Assembly: GCA_963702425.1 (NCBI GenBank)
Contig: CAVPCQ010000012.1
Span: 96,001 to 160,000 of the forward strand
DNA from: an uncultured Acidobacteriota bacterium
GTDB taxonomy: Bacteria > Acidobacteriota > Polarisedimenticolia > J045
Length of the DNA stretch: 64,000 bases
Direction: 5' to 3'
Part shown: piece after piece, positions 9,376 to 21,372 of the stretch
Layout of the letters: the number at the start of each line of letters is the position of its first letter
Position numbering within the stretch: the stretch's first letter is position 1
Position numbers and translations under genes: made by a program
Notes under the pieces: generated by a model
Told to the model about the DNA's origin: nothing
Seen by the model: the letters and a program-made list of their open reading frames with translations, nothing else
Database searches by the model: none

Positions 9376-10240
9376 CAGGTTGCCGAGAAACCCGGTGTTT
9401 CTGCTGGCCTGATCCGTCGGTCTGCGTACCTTTTCGTTCCTGCTCGAGGGGAGCGAAGGGATGCGCGGATCCGATCGGCAACAAGGCGCGATGTCCAGCT
9501 AGTGCCCCGATTCCGTCTTGGATTGACAATCAAGGCGGCCGAAGCGCCCGCGGGGCACGGCGCGAGGACGCCGGCGTACTCCCGCCGTTCGCCAAGGACG
9601 AGCAACGCCGCCCTGCGGGATGCAGCGGCGGCCGACTGTCAAGCCAAGACGGATTCGGGACACTAGGTCTCCCCGGAGGAGCGGGTGCCGCAGGATCATC
9701 CGCTGCGGCGGATCCGGCAGGTGACGAACGAGGTGCTGCGGGAGCTGTCCCCGAAGTTGGAGCGGCTATACGCAGCGGTGGGCCGGCCCTCGGTCCCGCC
9801 GGAGAAGCTGCTGCGGGCGCTGCTGCTGCAGGTGCTTTACAGCATCCGGAGCAAGCGGCTGCTGATCGAGCAGTTGGACGACAACCTGCTGTTTCGCTCG
9901 TTTGTCGGGCTGACGATGGACGACCCGGCCTGGAGCCCGACGGCCTTCAGCAAGAACCGGGACCGGCTGCCGGAGGGGGAGATCGCGCGTCTGTTCTTCG
10001 AGGGCGTGGTGCGGTTGGCCCAGGGCTCAGAACTGATGTCGGACGAGCACTTCACGGCGGACGGGACGCTGATCGAGGCCTGGGCCGGGCAGAAGAGCTT
10101 CCGGCCCAAGGACCAGCCCGCGGTGCCCAGCGCCGACGACGACCCGGGCAACCCGACCGTGAACTTCCACGGCGAGAAGCGCTGCAATGCCGCGCATGCC
10201 TCGACGACGGATCCGGAGGCTCGGCTGTATCGGAAGTCGA
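9376..10240 (+). pseudogene. IS5-family element remnant: transposase with nonsense codon, MITE insertion and 3' truncation
   Basis: Left end CAGGTTGCCGAGAAA follows CTAG. ATG 9461 reads MRGSDRQQGAMSS*, then the MITE, then VSPEERVPQDHPLR...GRPSVPPEKLLRALLLQVLYSIRS...HFTADGTLIEAWA...STTDPEARLYRKS. Confidence 0.85.
9499..9666. mobile_element. 168-bp MITE-like element, copy 1 (CTAG ends)
   Basis: Long terminal inverted repeats CTAGTG(C/T)CCCGATTCCGTCTTGG-TTGACA; near-identical copy at 46518-46685. Confidence 0.88.
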
Positions 10241-10602
10241 AGAGGAGGCCCTGCGCAGCCGGGCCCCCGCGCGCGCCTCCCAGGAACTCTGGGGCCTCGC
10301 GATCGCCGACAACCCCGCCCGCTCGTACGTGCAGCGCATCGCGCGCCGTCTGAACCTCGCCCCGGTCCGAGTCAGCCACCGGCACACCCTGATGTTGCTG
10401 CGCAGCTCCTCGCTCGCCGTCTGGGCCGCCAGCCCCGGCGTCGTCCCGCGGCGTCTCGAGCAGCTCGACGCCCAATCCGCGCGACTCGTCTTGCCACCTC
10501 GACGATGCACCCGATGCGTTCCGCGGACGATCAAGGTCAAGATGTCCAGCTACCGCCGGAAACCCTGGAATGATGCCGGCTTCGGCCACACTAGCCGGCA
10601 TT
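10241..10602 (+). pseudogene. IS4-family transposase C-terminal remnant
   Basis: EEALRSRAPARASQELWGLAIADN...SPGVVPRRL...LVLPPRR...PRTIKVKMSSYRRK resembles IS4/InsG C-termini; ends in a CGGCATTG IR-like sequence. Confidence 0.6.
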
Positions 10603-10649
10603 GCGGCCAGCAGCGGCGGGGGTATCGTGTGGCTTCCTCGGGGGTTGAG

Positions 10650-11972
10650 ATGAGGCATTCCAGACCGGCCGGCATCCCCGCATTCCCCGAATCCCGCCTC
10701 ACCAGGGACATTCTCCAGCAGAAGGAGCGCCACGGCCTCAGGGTGCAGAACATCATCCGCATCGTCGTCATGCTCGTGTTTCTCCCCGCCTCCGCGCTGC
10801 TGGCGCAGTCGGCTTTCGAAAGGACCTTCACCTCGATCATCTTGGCGGTGTCGCTTGCGATCTCGGTGGCGCTTCTCATTTCGACCCGGGCCGGGCGGAA
10901 CCTGACGGCCATCGGTATCTCCGGCGCGCTGCTCGACGTCGTGATCCTGTCCTCCCTTCCCGTGATCTACTACCTCACGGTCGGGGGGGCGAAGGTCCCC
11001 GCCTCCTTCCTGCTCAAGAACCAGGCCATCCTCATCTCCATCCTGTTCATCGTTGCCAACGGCCAGGCTATGAAACCGGTCTATCCCGCCATCGTGACAG
11101 CGGGGGCAATGCTCCTGAACGCCGCGCTCTTCGCATACGCGCTCGCGTCCCCCGGGATCGAGTTCGCTCGGGACTACCTCGAGGCGTTCACCACGACGAA
11201 GCTCAGCGTGAACGACTTCGTCAGCAAGGAGCTCATCCTCTGCGGGATCGGCGCGGGCGTCGCCTTGATGAACCGAGGCGCACAGAAGACCGTTGTCGCG
11301 GCGGCGAACGTCGAGCGGGCGAGCAAGCAGCTCGGCCGCTTCTTCTCGCCGAATGTTGCCGAGACTATCGCCCGGGGCGACGACAATTTCATGAAGATCG
11401 GCGGTGCCGTCCAGGACGTGGCCGTGCTCTTCTCCGACATCCGTGATTTCACCGCCATGAGCGAGAAGCTCTCTCCCAGCGAGGTTCTGGCCTTCCTGTC
11501 CGAATACCACGAGCTCATGGTGGGGATCATGTTCAAACACGGCGGCACTCTTGATAAGTTCATCGGGGACGCCATCATGGCCACCTTCGGGACGCCCCGG
11601 ACCGGTGATGACGACGCACTCCGCGCGGTCCGCGCGGCGGTCGAGATGGAGGGTGCGCTCAAGCGATTCAACGAGGGGAGGGAGCGGACCGGACTTTCCC
11701 CGATCCGGCATGGCATCGGTATCCATTACGGTCCGGCGCTGGTTGGGAACATCGGAACCCGGGACCGCCTGGAGTACACCGTCCTGGGCGACACCGTGAA
11801 CGTCGCGAGCAGGATCGAGCGCGCGTGCAAGAGCATCGGGGCCAGTCTCCTTCTCTCCGAGGCGGCGATGAGGGCCGTGGGCGACTCGATCGGAATGGTC
11901 AAGGCGGGCGATATCAGCGTGAAGGGCAAGACCGGGGAGATCGCGGTGTACACGGTGAAACCCGGGGAGTGA
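10650..11972 (+). CDS. Membrane-bound class III adenylate/guanylate cyclase
   Basis: Multiple N-terminal TM helices; VLFSDIRDFT, DKFIGDAIMA, GIGIHYG and YTVLGDTVNVASRIE motifs. Confidence 0.92.
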   Translation: MRHSRPAGIPAFPESRLTRDILQQKERHGLRVQNIIRIVVMLVFLPASALLAQSAFERTFTSIILAVSLAISVALLISTRAGRNLTAIGISGALLDVVILSSLPVIYYLTVGGAKVPASFLLKNQAILISILFIVANGQAMKPVYPAIVTAGAMLLNAALFAYALASPGIEFARDYLEAFTTTKLSVNDFVSKELILCGIGAGVALMNRGAQKTVVAAANVERASKQLGRFFSPNVAETIARGDDNFMKIGGAVQDVAVLFSDIRDFTAMSEKLSPSEVLAFLSEYHELMVGIMFKHGGTLDKFIGDAIMATFGTPRTGDDDALRAVRAAVEMEGALKRFNEGRERTGLSPIRHGIGIHYGPALVGNIGTRDRLEYTVLGDTVNVASRIERACKSIGASLLLSEAAMRAVGDSIGMVKAGDISVKGKTGEIAVYTVKPGE

Positions 11973-12039
11973 GCCGCGTGCAGGGGGAAGGGAGTCCTCA
12001 GCGGTCCGCTGGAATTGCGTGCATCTGCCCCTGGCTCGC

Positions 12040-12420
12040 CGGTGCCGGTGATCCGGGCGAAACCCTTGGACGATTCGTCTTCCTTCAGTGACCCGCCCGG
12101 GGCGATGCTGCCGTCTCCGGGCTACTTCCTCATCAGTGCGGCCTCGGAGATGTCCTCCATGAACCCCCGCGCGCCGCACATGATGGCTATCGTGTCGGTG
12201 TGGCGCTTCAGGTACTCCCGTGCCCGGAAGAGCCTTCCCTCCAGGGAGGGCGTCGGCTGCCTCCCCTTCACTCCGGCCCCGAGTACCAGGAAGTGACGGC
12301 CCTCCGCCCGGGCTCGGAGGACGCTCCGCAGACGATGAAGAAGATCGCGGCGGTGAAGGAGCGCGGCCACGCGAGTGCCCGGATCATCAGGCGCGCTTTT
12401 CAGTGTCCGGCGGCGCGGGA
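12040..12420 (-). pseudogene. YdcF/DUF218 family pseudogene
   Basis: FLVLGAGVKG...SLEGRL...EDISEAALM motif with a frameshift upstream and a premature TAG, then ...LKEDESS. Confidence 0.55.
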
Positions 12421-12563
12421 GGAGTTTCCTCCCGGTGAGCTCAGAGTGCGCGATGATCGCGTAGAACGGTCGCCGCACGGAATGGGGGTCCTTCCCGCGG
12501 TTCGCTCTTTGGCGAGGAGCGCAGCGGCGGCGGCCTGGAGCGCCCCGTTCGGAACGCGTTCTC

Positions 12564-13838
12564 CTACCGCACCAGCAGCATCCCGATCACGACCGCCGCC
12601 GCGATCACCGCCGTTGCCAGCGCGATCTTGCGCTTGAGGGGCGCGGCCCCGAGCGCGATCACGTAGCCCCCCTTGACCAGCGTGTTGGAGAGGGCCCCGA
12701 TCGCGATCGCCAGCGCCGCCGTGCGCCCGTCGCCGCTCTCCCCGGCGTACCTCGTCATCGAGAGCGTGATCGCGTCGACGTCGGTCAGGCCGGCCAGCGC
12801 CGCCACGGCGTAGAAGCCCTTCCCCGGCGCGTAGAGCTCGACCAGCCGGACCACCAGCAGCACGGCTGCGAAAAAGAGTGCGAACTTGACCGCCTCGGTC
12901 AGGCTGAAGGGGTTCTTCAGGGCCAGCTCCTGGGGGTGCGCCTGCCCCTCGGCGGCACTCTGCCGCCAGGCCAGCGCGATCATCGCCAGCGTCGCCACCG
13001 CGGCGGCGATGAAGGGCGGGAGGACCGTGACGACGAACGACGCATCGACGATCGCGACCAGGGCCACGACCCGGAGCGCCATCACGAACCAGGCGATCAG
13101 GATTCCCAGCGACAGTGTCGAGGCCTGGTGCGGCTCGTCGCGGCTCTGCTTGGCGAAGGTCAGCGTTACGGCGGTCGACGACACGAGGCCGCCCGCCAGC
13201 GCCGTGATCGCAGTGCCGCGCTCGGAGCCCAGCCACCGCACCGCGACGTAGCCGACCAGCGAAATCGAGGAGATCAGCACGACCAGCAGCCAGAGCTTGT
13301 ACGGGTTGATCGCGCCCCACGGGTCGATCGCCCGGTCCGGGAGCAGCGGCAGCACGATGAAGGACGCGACCAGCAGCTTCACTCCGGCGTAGATGTCGTC
13401 GGTCCCGATCTTCGCCACCAGCCGGTGCAGCGGCTCCTTGAAGGCCAGCACGGCGGAGGTGGCGATGCCGAGCGCCACCGCGACCTCGGGATGGCCGATC
13501 AGGCAGACTCCGCCCAGCAGGCAGACGACGACCGCCGCGACTTCCGTCGTCATGCCGTAGAAACGCGGGTTGCGCAGCCCCTGGATGACGTAGCCGGCGA
13601 TCACCCCGGCCGCGACCGCGAACAGCGCCGCGATCAGGATCCAGGGCGAGCCGAGGACCTGCGTCAGCCAGCCGCCGACCGCACCGGTCATCGCGATCAG
13701 GATGAAGGTCCGCAGCCCGCCGACCCCGATGTCCCCCTCGATCTCCTTCTTCTTCTCGCGCTCGAGCCCGACCAACGCGCCGATCGCCAGGGCGATCGCG
13801 AAGTTGCGGATGACGAGCAGGTCGAGCAGGTCGCCCAC
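12564..13838 (-). CDS. MgtC/SapB family membrane protein (DUF4010)
   Basis: LAIGALVGLERE, GLRTF, GGLVSSTAVT, NPFSL and GLTDVDAITLS motifs. Confidence 0.9.
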   Translation of the reverse strand: MGDLLDLLVIRNFAIALAIGALVGLEREKKKEIEGDIGVGGLRTFILIAMTGAVGGWLTQVLGSPWILIAALFAVAAGVIAGYVIQGLRNPRFYGMTTEVAAVVVCLLGGVCLIGHPEVAVALGIATSAVLAFKEPLHRLVAKIGTDDIYAGVKLLVASFIVLPLLPDRAIDPWGAINPYKLWLLVVLISSISLVGYVAVRWLGSERGTAITALAGGLVSSTAVTLTFAKQSRDEPHQASTLSLGILIAWFVMALRVVALVAIVDASFVVTVLPPFIAAAVATLAMIALAWRQSAAEGQAHPQELALKNPFSLTEAVKFALFFAAVLLVVRLVELYAPGKGFYAVAALAGLTDVDAITLSMTRYAGESGDGRTAALAIAIGALSNTLVKGGYVIALGAAPLKRKIALATAVIAAAVVIGMLLVR

Positions 13839-13890
13839 GGCTCGTGGCTCCTTCCCGCGCCAGCTCTGGGAGCGGGTTCCCTGGACGATT

Positions 13891-16878
13891 CTAGTCCCTT
13901 GCCCGCGGCCGAGTTCCGGCCGAGCCCCAGGGAATCAGCCGCAGGTCCCGCACCGCCACCGCGTAGAGCGCGGGCACGATCGCGAAGGTGACCAGCGTCG
14001 CCAGCGTCAGCCCGCCCATCTGTGCGTAGCAGAGCGGCTGCCAGAGCGGGCCGCCGCGGCGCGCCAGCGGCAGCAGCGCGATCACGGTCGCCGCGACCGT
14101 GACGACCACCGGCCGGGCCCGCGACCGGACGGCCTCGACCAGCGCCGGCACGAGCGCCTGCCCCTCGGCCTCCAACGCCTCGACCCGATCGAACAGCACG
14201 ATGACGTGGCTGACGATCACGCCGATCAGGCTCGCCAGGCCGAGGAAGGCCATGAAACCGAACGGCGCGCCGGCGACGCGCAAGGCGACGAGCGCGCCGG
14301 CGACACCGAACGGGATCGTGGCGAAGACGAGCAGCGGCTTGCGCGCGCTCCGGAACTGGACCGCCAGCGCGAGCGCGATCAGCAGCACCGAGAGGGCCAA
14401 CGCCCAACCCAGCTGCCGGAAGCCGCGCGCCTGCTCTTCGGCCTCGCCGCCGAAGTCGAGCCGGTAGCCGTCCGGGAGCGACCGTTCCAGCGCATCGAGC
14501 GCCGGCCGCGCCGCGGCCAGCGTCTCCGACGGGAAGAGCCCCGGCGAGGGGAACGCCGCAACGGTGACGACCGGCCGGCCGTCGCGCCGCGCGCGCGGGA
14601 GCCCGGCCTCGGGCGCGGCCGCCGGAGCGCCCGCGGAGCCGGTGTCGGCCGCCGATCCCGCGGGGGCCACGACCCTCAGGACGAGTTCCCGGCTCTCCGC
14701 GCCCTCGCCGATCGTGCCCACGGCCAGCTCGACCGGCCCGCGCCCGCGATCCGGTCCGTCGAGAATGCCCCAGTCGTCGCGCACCCCCACCGCCGCACCC
14801 GACTCCGCAAGCGCCGCGGCCGCCCGCGCGCCGAGGGCCCGGAGCGTCACGGGGTCGGGGCCCGCGATCCGTACCTGCACCGGCGGACCGACCGGCTTGC
14901 CGATCTCCAGCTCGCGCAGGTCGATGAACGCGCCGGGGGCCGAGGGGAGCGCGCGCCGCGCCGGCACGACGCTGCGGTCGACGGCCTCGGGATCCTCCGC
15001 CTCGACCACGACCTGTGCGCGCCCCGGCCGCGGCAGGTCCCGGAACATCGAGAACCAGAAGCGCGGCGCGGCGCGGCCGAGGAAGCTCAGCGTCGCGACC
15101 GCGTCCCCCCGCACCGCCGCCTCCGAGGCGTCCGCCAGCCCGCGTGCGGCGGCTCCGTCCGGCGCGACGACGTCGACGTAGAAGTGGCGGCTCGGGTCGC
15201 GCGGGAAGAACTGCGACCGCAGCCCCCCCAGCGCCCACGCGCAGGAGGCGACGAGCAGGAGCACCGCCGTCGCGAGCACGGCCCAGCGCCGCTCGACGAT
15301 CGCCTCCACGGCGTCGCCGAGCCGGCTCGAGATGCGGCTCGGCTGCAGCCGCCGGCGGCCGCCCGCGCCGAGATGGCTGGCAAAGAGCGGCACGAAGCTC
15401 ATCGAGACGAATCGTGAGGCGACCAGCGACGCGGTGACGACGATCGGGATCGACCAGATGAAGCGCCCGAGGAGGCCGCGCACGACGAGCAGCGGCAGAT
15501 AGGCGACGACGTTGGTCAGCGTGGCGTAGAGGATCGCGCGCGACAGGTCGACCGGCCCGCGCCAGGCCGCCTCGCGGGCGGGTTCGCCGCGTTCCACACG
15601 GCGCTGCGCGGCATCGACCGCCACGACGGGGTCGTCCACCAGCAGGCCGAGCGCCAGGATCAGGCTGCCGATCGAAACCTGCTGCAGGTCGACGCCGACC
15701 AGCCGCATCACGATGAACGTCAGCGCGAGCGTCACCGGGATCGCCAGCGCCAGCACCGCCGCGCTCCGCCAGCCCCGGAACCCGATCAGCGCGACCGCCA
15801 CCACCAGGGCCACCGCTTCCAGCAGGCTGGACGAGAAGAGCGCGAGCGCCCCGCGCACCTCGCGCGCCTCGTCGGTCACGGCGCGGACGGTCACGCCGGC
15901 CGGCAGCCCGGCGGCGGAGGTGGTCAGCACGGCTTCGACGGCCTGGCGGAACGGCCCCGCCCCGACCGACGGGTCGCGATAGACGGCCAGCGTCGCGGCC
16001 GGCGTGCGCACCCACGCGCCGCTCGCCGGGTCGCGGCGGCCGAGCAGCTGGCGCGGTCCGCCGCCGGCGTCGACGCGCAGGTCGGCGATGTCGCGCACCA
16101 GGAGCGGCGCGCCGAACGGCCCGAGCCCGATCGGCGCATTCAGGAGTTCCTCGGCATCGCGGAACGGCAGCGGGGACGGCTCGGCGCGGTAGTCCACGAC
16201 GCCGCCGGGCGCGGCCAGTCCGCGCTCGACGAGCAGGTCGCGGATCGCGGGCTCCGGGAGGCCCAGAGCGATGCGGCGCTCCGGGTCGATCTCCAGCAGC
16301 AGCCGCTCGCCCCGGGCACCGCTGCGCTCGACCCGGGCCACCCCGGGGGCCTTCGCCAGCGCTTCCGCGAGCTGCCGCGCGGCCGCGTCGATGGCACGCT
16401 CTCCCTCCGGGCCCGCATTCCCCGCGACCGCGAGCAGCAGCGCGGCGGCCTCCCCGGCGTCGAGCGCGACGAAGAGCGGGCCCGCGCCGGGCGGCAGCCC
16501 CTCGGTCCGCGCCACGCGCTCCCGGATCCTCGCCAGGCTCCGGAGCGGCGGCCCCCCGTTCTCGTCCAGCTCGGCCTCCAGGACGACCAGCCCCGGCCGG
16601 ATGGCGCTCCGGACCACGGAGACCTCCGGGTCGGCTCCCAGCACGGCTTCCAGGGGCGCGGCGACTTCCGTCTCGACCTCCTCCACCGGGTGTCCGGGCC
16701 ACGGGGCGACCAGGATCGCGATGCCGGCCTTGATCGCCGGGTTCTTCCGGCGCGGCATGTCGAGAAAGGCCCACGTCCCGGCGACCAGGCTGAGCGCGAA
16801 CAGGCCCCACGCAAGGCCCCGCCGCTCCACGAAAAACCGCGGCAGGCGGGCACCGGGAGCCAGAGGGAGGCGGGACAT
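13891..16878 (-). CDS. RND-family efflux transporter permease (AcrB/CzcA-like)
   Basis: About 1000 aa with two TM clusters; ALGLLVDD, SRARPVVVT and GGPLWQPL motifs; start chosen at the ATG 7 nt after a TATGCT box. Confidence 0.85.
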   Translation of the reverse strand: MSRLPLAPGARLPRFFVERRGLAWGLFALSLVAGTWAFLDMPRRKNPAIKAGIAILVAPWPGHPVEEVETEVAAPLEAVLGADPEVSVVRSAIRPGLVVLEAELDENGGPPLRSLARIRERVARTEGLPPGAGPLFVALDAGEAAALLLAVAGNAGPEGERAIDAAARQLAEALAKAPGVARVERSGARGERLLLEIDPERRIALGLPEPAIRDLLVERGLAAPGGVVDYRAEPSPLPFRDAEELLNAPIGLGPFGAPLLVRDIADLRVDAGGGPRQLLGRRDPASGAWVRTPAATLAVYRDPSVGAGPFRQAVEAVLTTSAAGLPAGVTVRAVTDEAREVRGALALFSSSLLEAVALVVAVALIGFRGWRSAAVLALAIPVTLALTFIVMRLVGVDLQQVSIGSLILALGLLVDDPVVAVDAAQRRVERGEPAREAAWRGPVDLSRAILYATLTNVVAYLPLLVVRGLLGRFIWSIPIVVTASLVASRFVSMSFVPLFASHLGAGGRRRLQPSRISSRLGDAVEAIVERRWAVLATAVLLLVASCAWALGGLRSQFFPRDPSRHFYVDVVAPDGAAARGLADASEAAVRGDAVATLSFLGRAAPRFWFSMFRDLPRPGRAQVVVEAEDPEAVDRSVVPARRALPSAPGAFIDLRELEIGKPVGPPVQVRIAGPDPVTLRALGARAAAALAESGAAVGVRDDWGILDGPDRGRGPVELAVGTIGEGAESRELVLRVVAPAGSAADTGSAGAPAAAPEAGLPRARRDGRPVVTVAAFPSPGLFPSETLAAARPALDALERSLPDGYRLDFGGEAEEQARGFRQLGWALALSVLLIALALAVQFRSARKPLLVFATIPFGVAGALVALRVAGAPFGFMAFLGLASLIGVIVSHVIVLFDRVEALEAEGQALVPALVEAVRSRARPVVVTVAATVIALLPLARRGGPLWQPLCYAQMGGLTLATLVTFAIVPALYAVAVRDLRLIPWGSAGTRPRARD

Positions 16879-17025
16879 CGGTACCAGCATACGGAAGAGC
16901 GGCGGCAAGCCGAACCGGGCTTACGGTTTAGGGTCGCGTCCTCCGTATCGACACCGCCGCCTCGCTTTGCTATAAGGCGAGGTCCCTCGCAGAAAACCGC
17001 TGTGTACGCCTTCCCGCAGGAGAGG

Positions 17026-19524
<2,499 letters not shown>

Positions 19525-19534
19525 CGGGACGTGC

Positions 19535-19563
19535 GGCAGGGGCCGGCCTCCGGGCCGGCCCCG
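19535..19563. repeat. REP-like palindrome between convergent genes
   Basis: GCAGGGGCCGGCCTCCGGGCCGGCCCCGC; same family as 33115. Confidence 0.6.
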
Positions 19564-19588
19564 CAGCGCCCGAAAACGCGGGCGACAG

Positions 19589-20548
19589 CTACTTCGGGAC
19601 GATCGTGATCTCCACGCGCCGGTTCTGGGCGCGCCCGGCCTCGGCTTCGTTGGGCGCCACCGGCCGGGTCTCGCCGAAGCCCAGCGTCTCGTAGCGCACG
19701 CCCGCGGGTGCCGGCAGACCGGACAGCGCTGCGCGCACGGACTCGGCACGATCGATGGACAGCTTCTGGTTCGCGGCGTCGTCTCCCTGCGCATCCGTGT
19801 GCCCCTCGATCCGCACGAGGCAGCCGGGGTACGCCGCGATCACCTGCGCCACGTCGGCAATCGTCGTCCGGGCCGCTGGCTTCAGCGTGGCCTTGCCCGT
19901 GTCGAACAGGACCTGCGCGTCCATGCGCACGCGGATCCCCTCGGCGGTGGCCTCCGCCTTGACGCGCCCCAGCGCGTCCGCGAGGCCGGCGCTGAAGTCC
20001 TTCATGTCGAAGATCCGTTCGTCCTGGCCGGGTGGGGTCACGAAGAGCTGCAGGCCGAGTTCCGTCGCCGGTCCCTGGAAGAACCAGACCTTGATCGCGT
20101 GCGGACCCTTGGCGAGCTGGATCTCGCCCGTGCCCTCGGCCATCGCGTGCACGCCGTCGTTGTCGATCACCTCGTGGCCGTCGATCCACAGCCGGCTCCC
20201 GTCGTCCGAGACCAGTTTCCACGCGTAAAGCCCTGCGCCGGCGATCTGGAACGTGCCGTCGTAGAGCAGGCCGAACCACTCGAACCGGTCGGTGACGCCG
20301 GGAAAGCCCTCGGTGAACTCGCGCACCGGAACATCGAGCCGGCCGGTGTAGATGAACCCCTGCGGCTGTTTCGCGTCGAGGTTCGCCGGCATCGCCTCGG
20401 TATCTTCGGGGAGGAAGTAGATCGCCCCCTTCATCTCGAGCAGACCGGGGTCCTTCGTGCCGAACGACGGTTCGGCGGCGAGGACGAGACTCGGCAGCAG
20501 GGCCGCGACGACGGCGGCCGGGACCACGGAGCGGCGGAGCATCGACAT
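19589..20548 (-). CDS. Secreted PA14 domain plus OmpA-like peptidoglycan-binding protein
   Basis: Signal peptide; [18 protein letters not shown] (PA14); [22 protein letters not shown] and NRRVEI (OmpA); GGAGG RBS. Confidence 0.9.
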   Translation of the reverse strand: MSMLRRSVVPAAVVAALLPSLVLAAEPSFGTKDPGLLEMKGAIYFLPEDTEAMPANLDAKQPQGFIYTGRLDVPVREFTEGFPGVTDRFEWFGLLYDGTFQIAGAGLYAWKLVSDDGSRLWIDGHEVIDNDGVHAMAEGTGEIQLAKGPHAIKVWFFQGPATELGLQLFVTPPGQDERIFDMKDFSAGLADALGRVKAEATAEGIRVRMDAQVLFDTGKATLKPAARTTIADVAQVIAAYPGCLVRIEGHTDAQGDDAANQKLSIDRAESVRAALSGLPAPAGVRYETLGFGETRPVAPNEAEAGRAQNRRVEITIVPK

Positions 20549-21012
20549 CGTAAGACCTCCTGGGCCACACGGGCGCCGCGCGCCAGGGAATGCGTCAGGC
20601 TCGGGCACGCCACGATGGTACGCCGCTCGCGGGGTGGGGCCGGCCTGGACGCTGGTCGCCATGCGACCCGGGAGATGGAGGGGCCGGACGAACTCGCCAC
20701 CAATGACTACTTCATCGCCCTCCATGAGCCCCTCAAAGACGACCACGAGGAACTGTAAGGCCAGCGATTCCCGCGGCGTCGAAGAGCCGCTCCGGGGTCA
20801 GCCTTTCGCCGAGGGCCTTCCGGCGGACGCTGGCGCTCCGCCCCTCCCCCGGGGGGGGCGGGGGGGCGGGGTCGGCCGCGGCCCGGGCCCCCGGGGCGAC
20901 CCGGGGCCGAGCCCCGGGGGGGCTCCGGCCGGGCCGGGGGGCGGGTACGCGGCTGCCCGCCGCCGCTTGCCTTTCGCCGCTCTCGGCCACAGTTTTTCCC
21001 CGGGGGCCCGCC

Positions 21013-21372
21013 TTGGACGCGCTCGCGAAAGACAGGATTGCGGCCGGACCGAAGCTCAATCGGCTCGTGGCCACGCTGATCTGCGGCCACACCGGTGGGC
21101 TGCCGGATGCGAGTTACCCGGCCTACAGCGCGGAGATCAAGCTGGCGTTCGAGGCGATCGACGCCTTCGCGGCGGTGCATCGCAACGTCAAGCTGACGAT
21201 CGAATACCCCTTCCCCGAGGTCTGGGTGAAGCGCTCTGCCGAGCAGTTCTCGTCCGGCTGGGTCCCGGCCGCCTACATCTGCGAGGACACCCTTCCGCAC
21301 GCGATCTGCCTGGCGCTGCTCAAGGCGGCCGGCGCGTTCGAGCTCGAGACCGGAGAGAAGTACACGCTCTAG
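21013..21372 (+). CDS. BC1872/phage ABA-sandwich-like protein (5' end uncertain)
   Basis: AGPKLNRLVA..., PAYSAEIKLAFEAI and DTLPHAICLALLKA resemble this family's pattern; the upstream sequence is low-complexity. Confidence 0.55.
   Translation: MDALAKDRIAAGPKLNRLVATLICGHTGGLPDASYPAYSAEIKLAFEAIDAFAAVHRNVKLTIEYPFPEVWVKRSAEQFSSGWVPAAYICEDTLPHAICLALLKAAGAFELETGEKYTL

Noticed and set aside
10329-10649. N-terminal extension of the cyclase ORF
   Set aside because: It is an in-frame IS4 transposase remnant, not part of the cyclase
20760-21372. Prophage
   Set aside because: Only one phage-like gene; no integrase, structural genes or att sites
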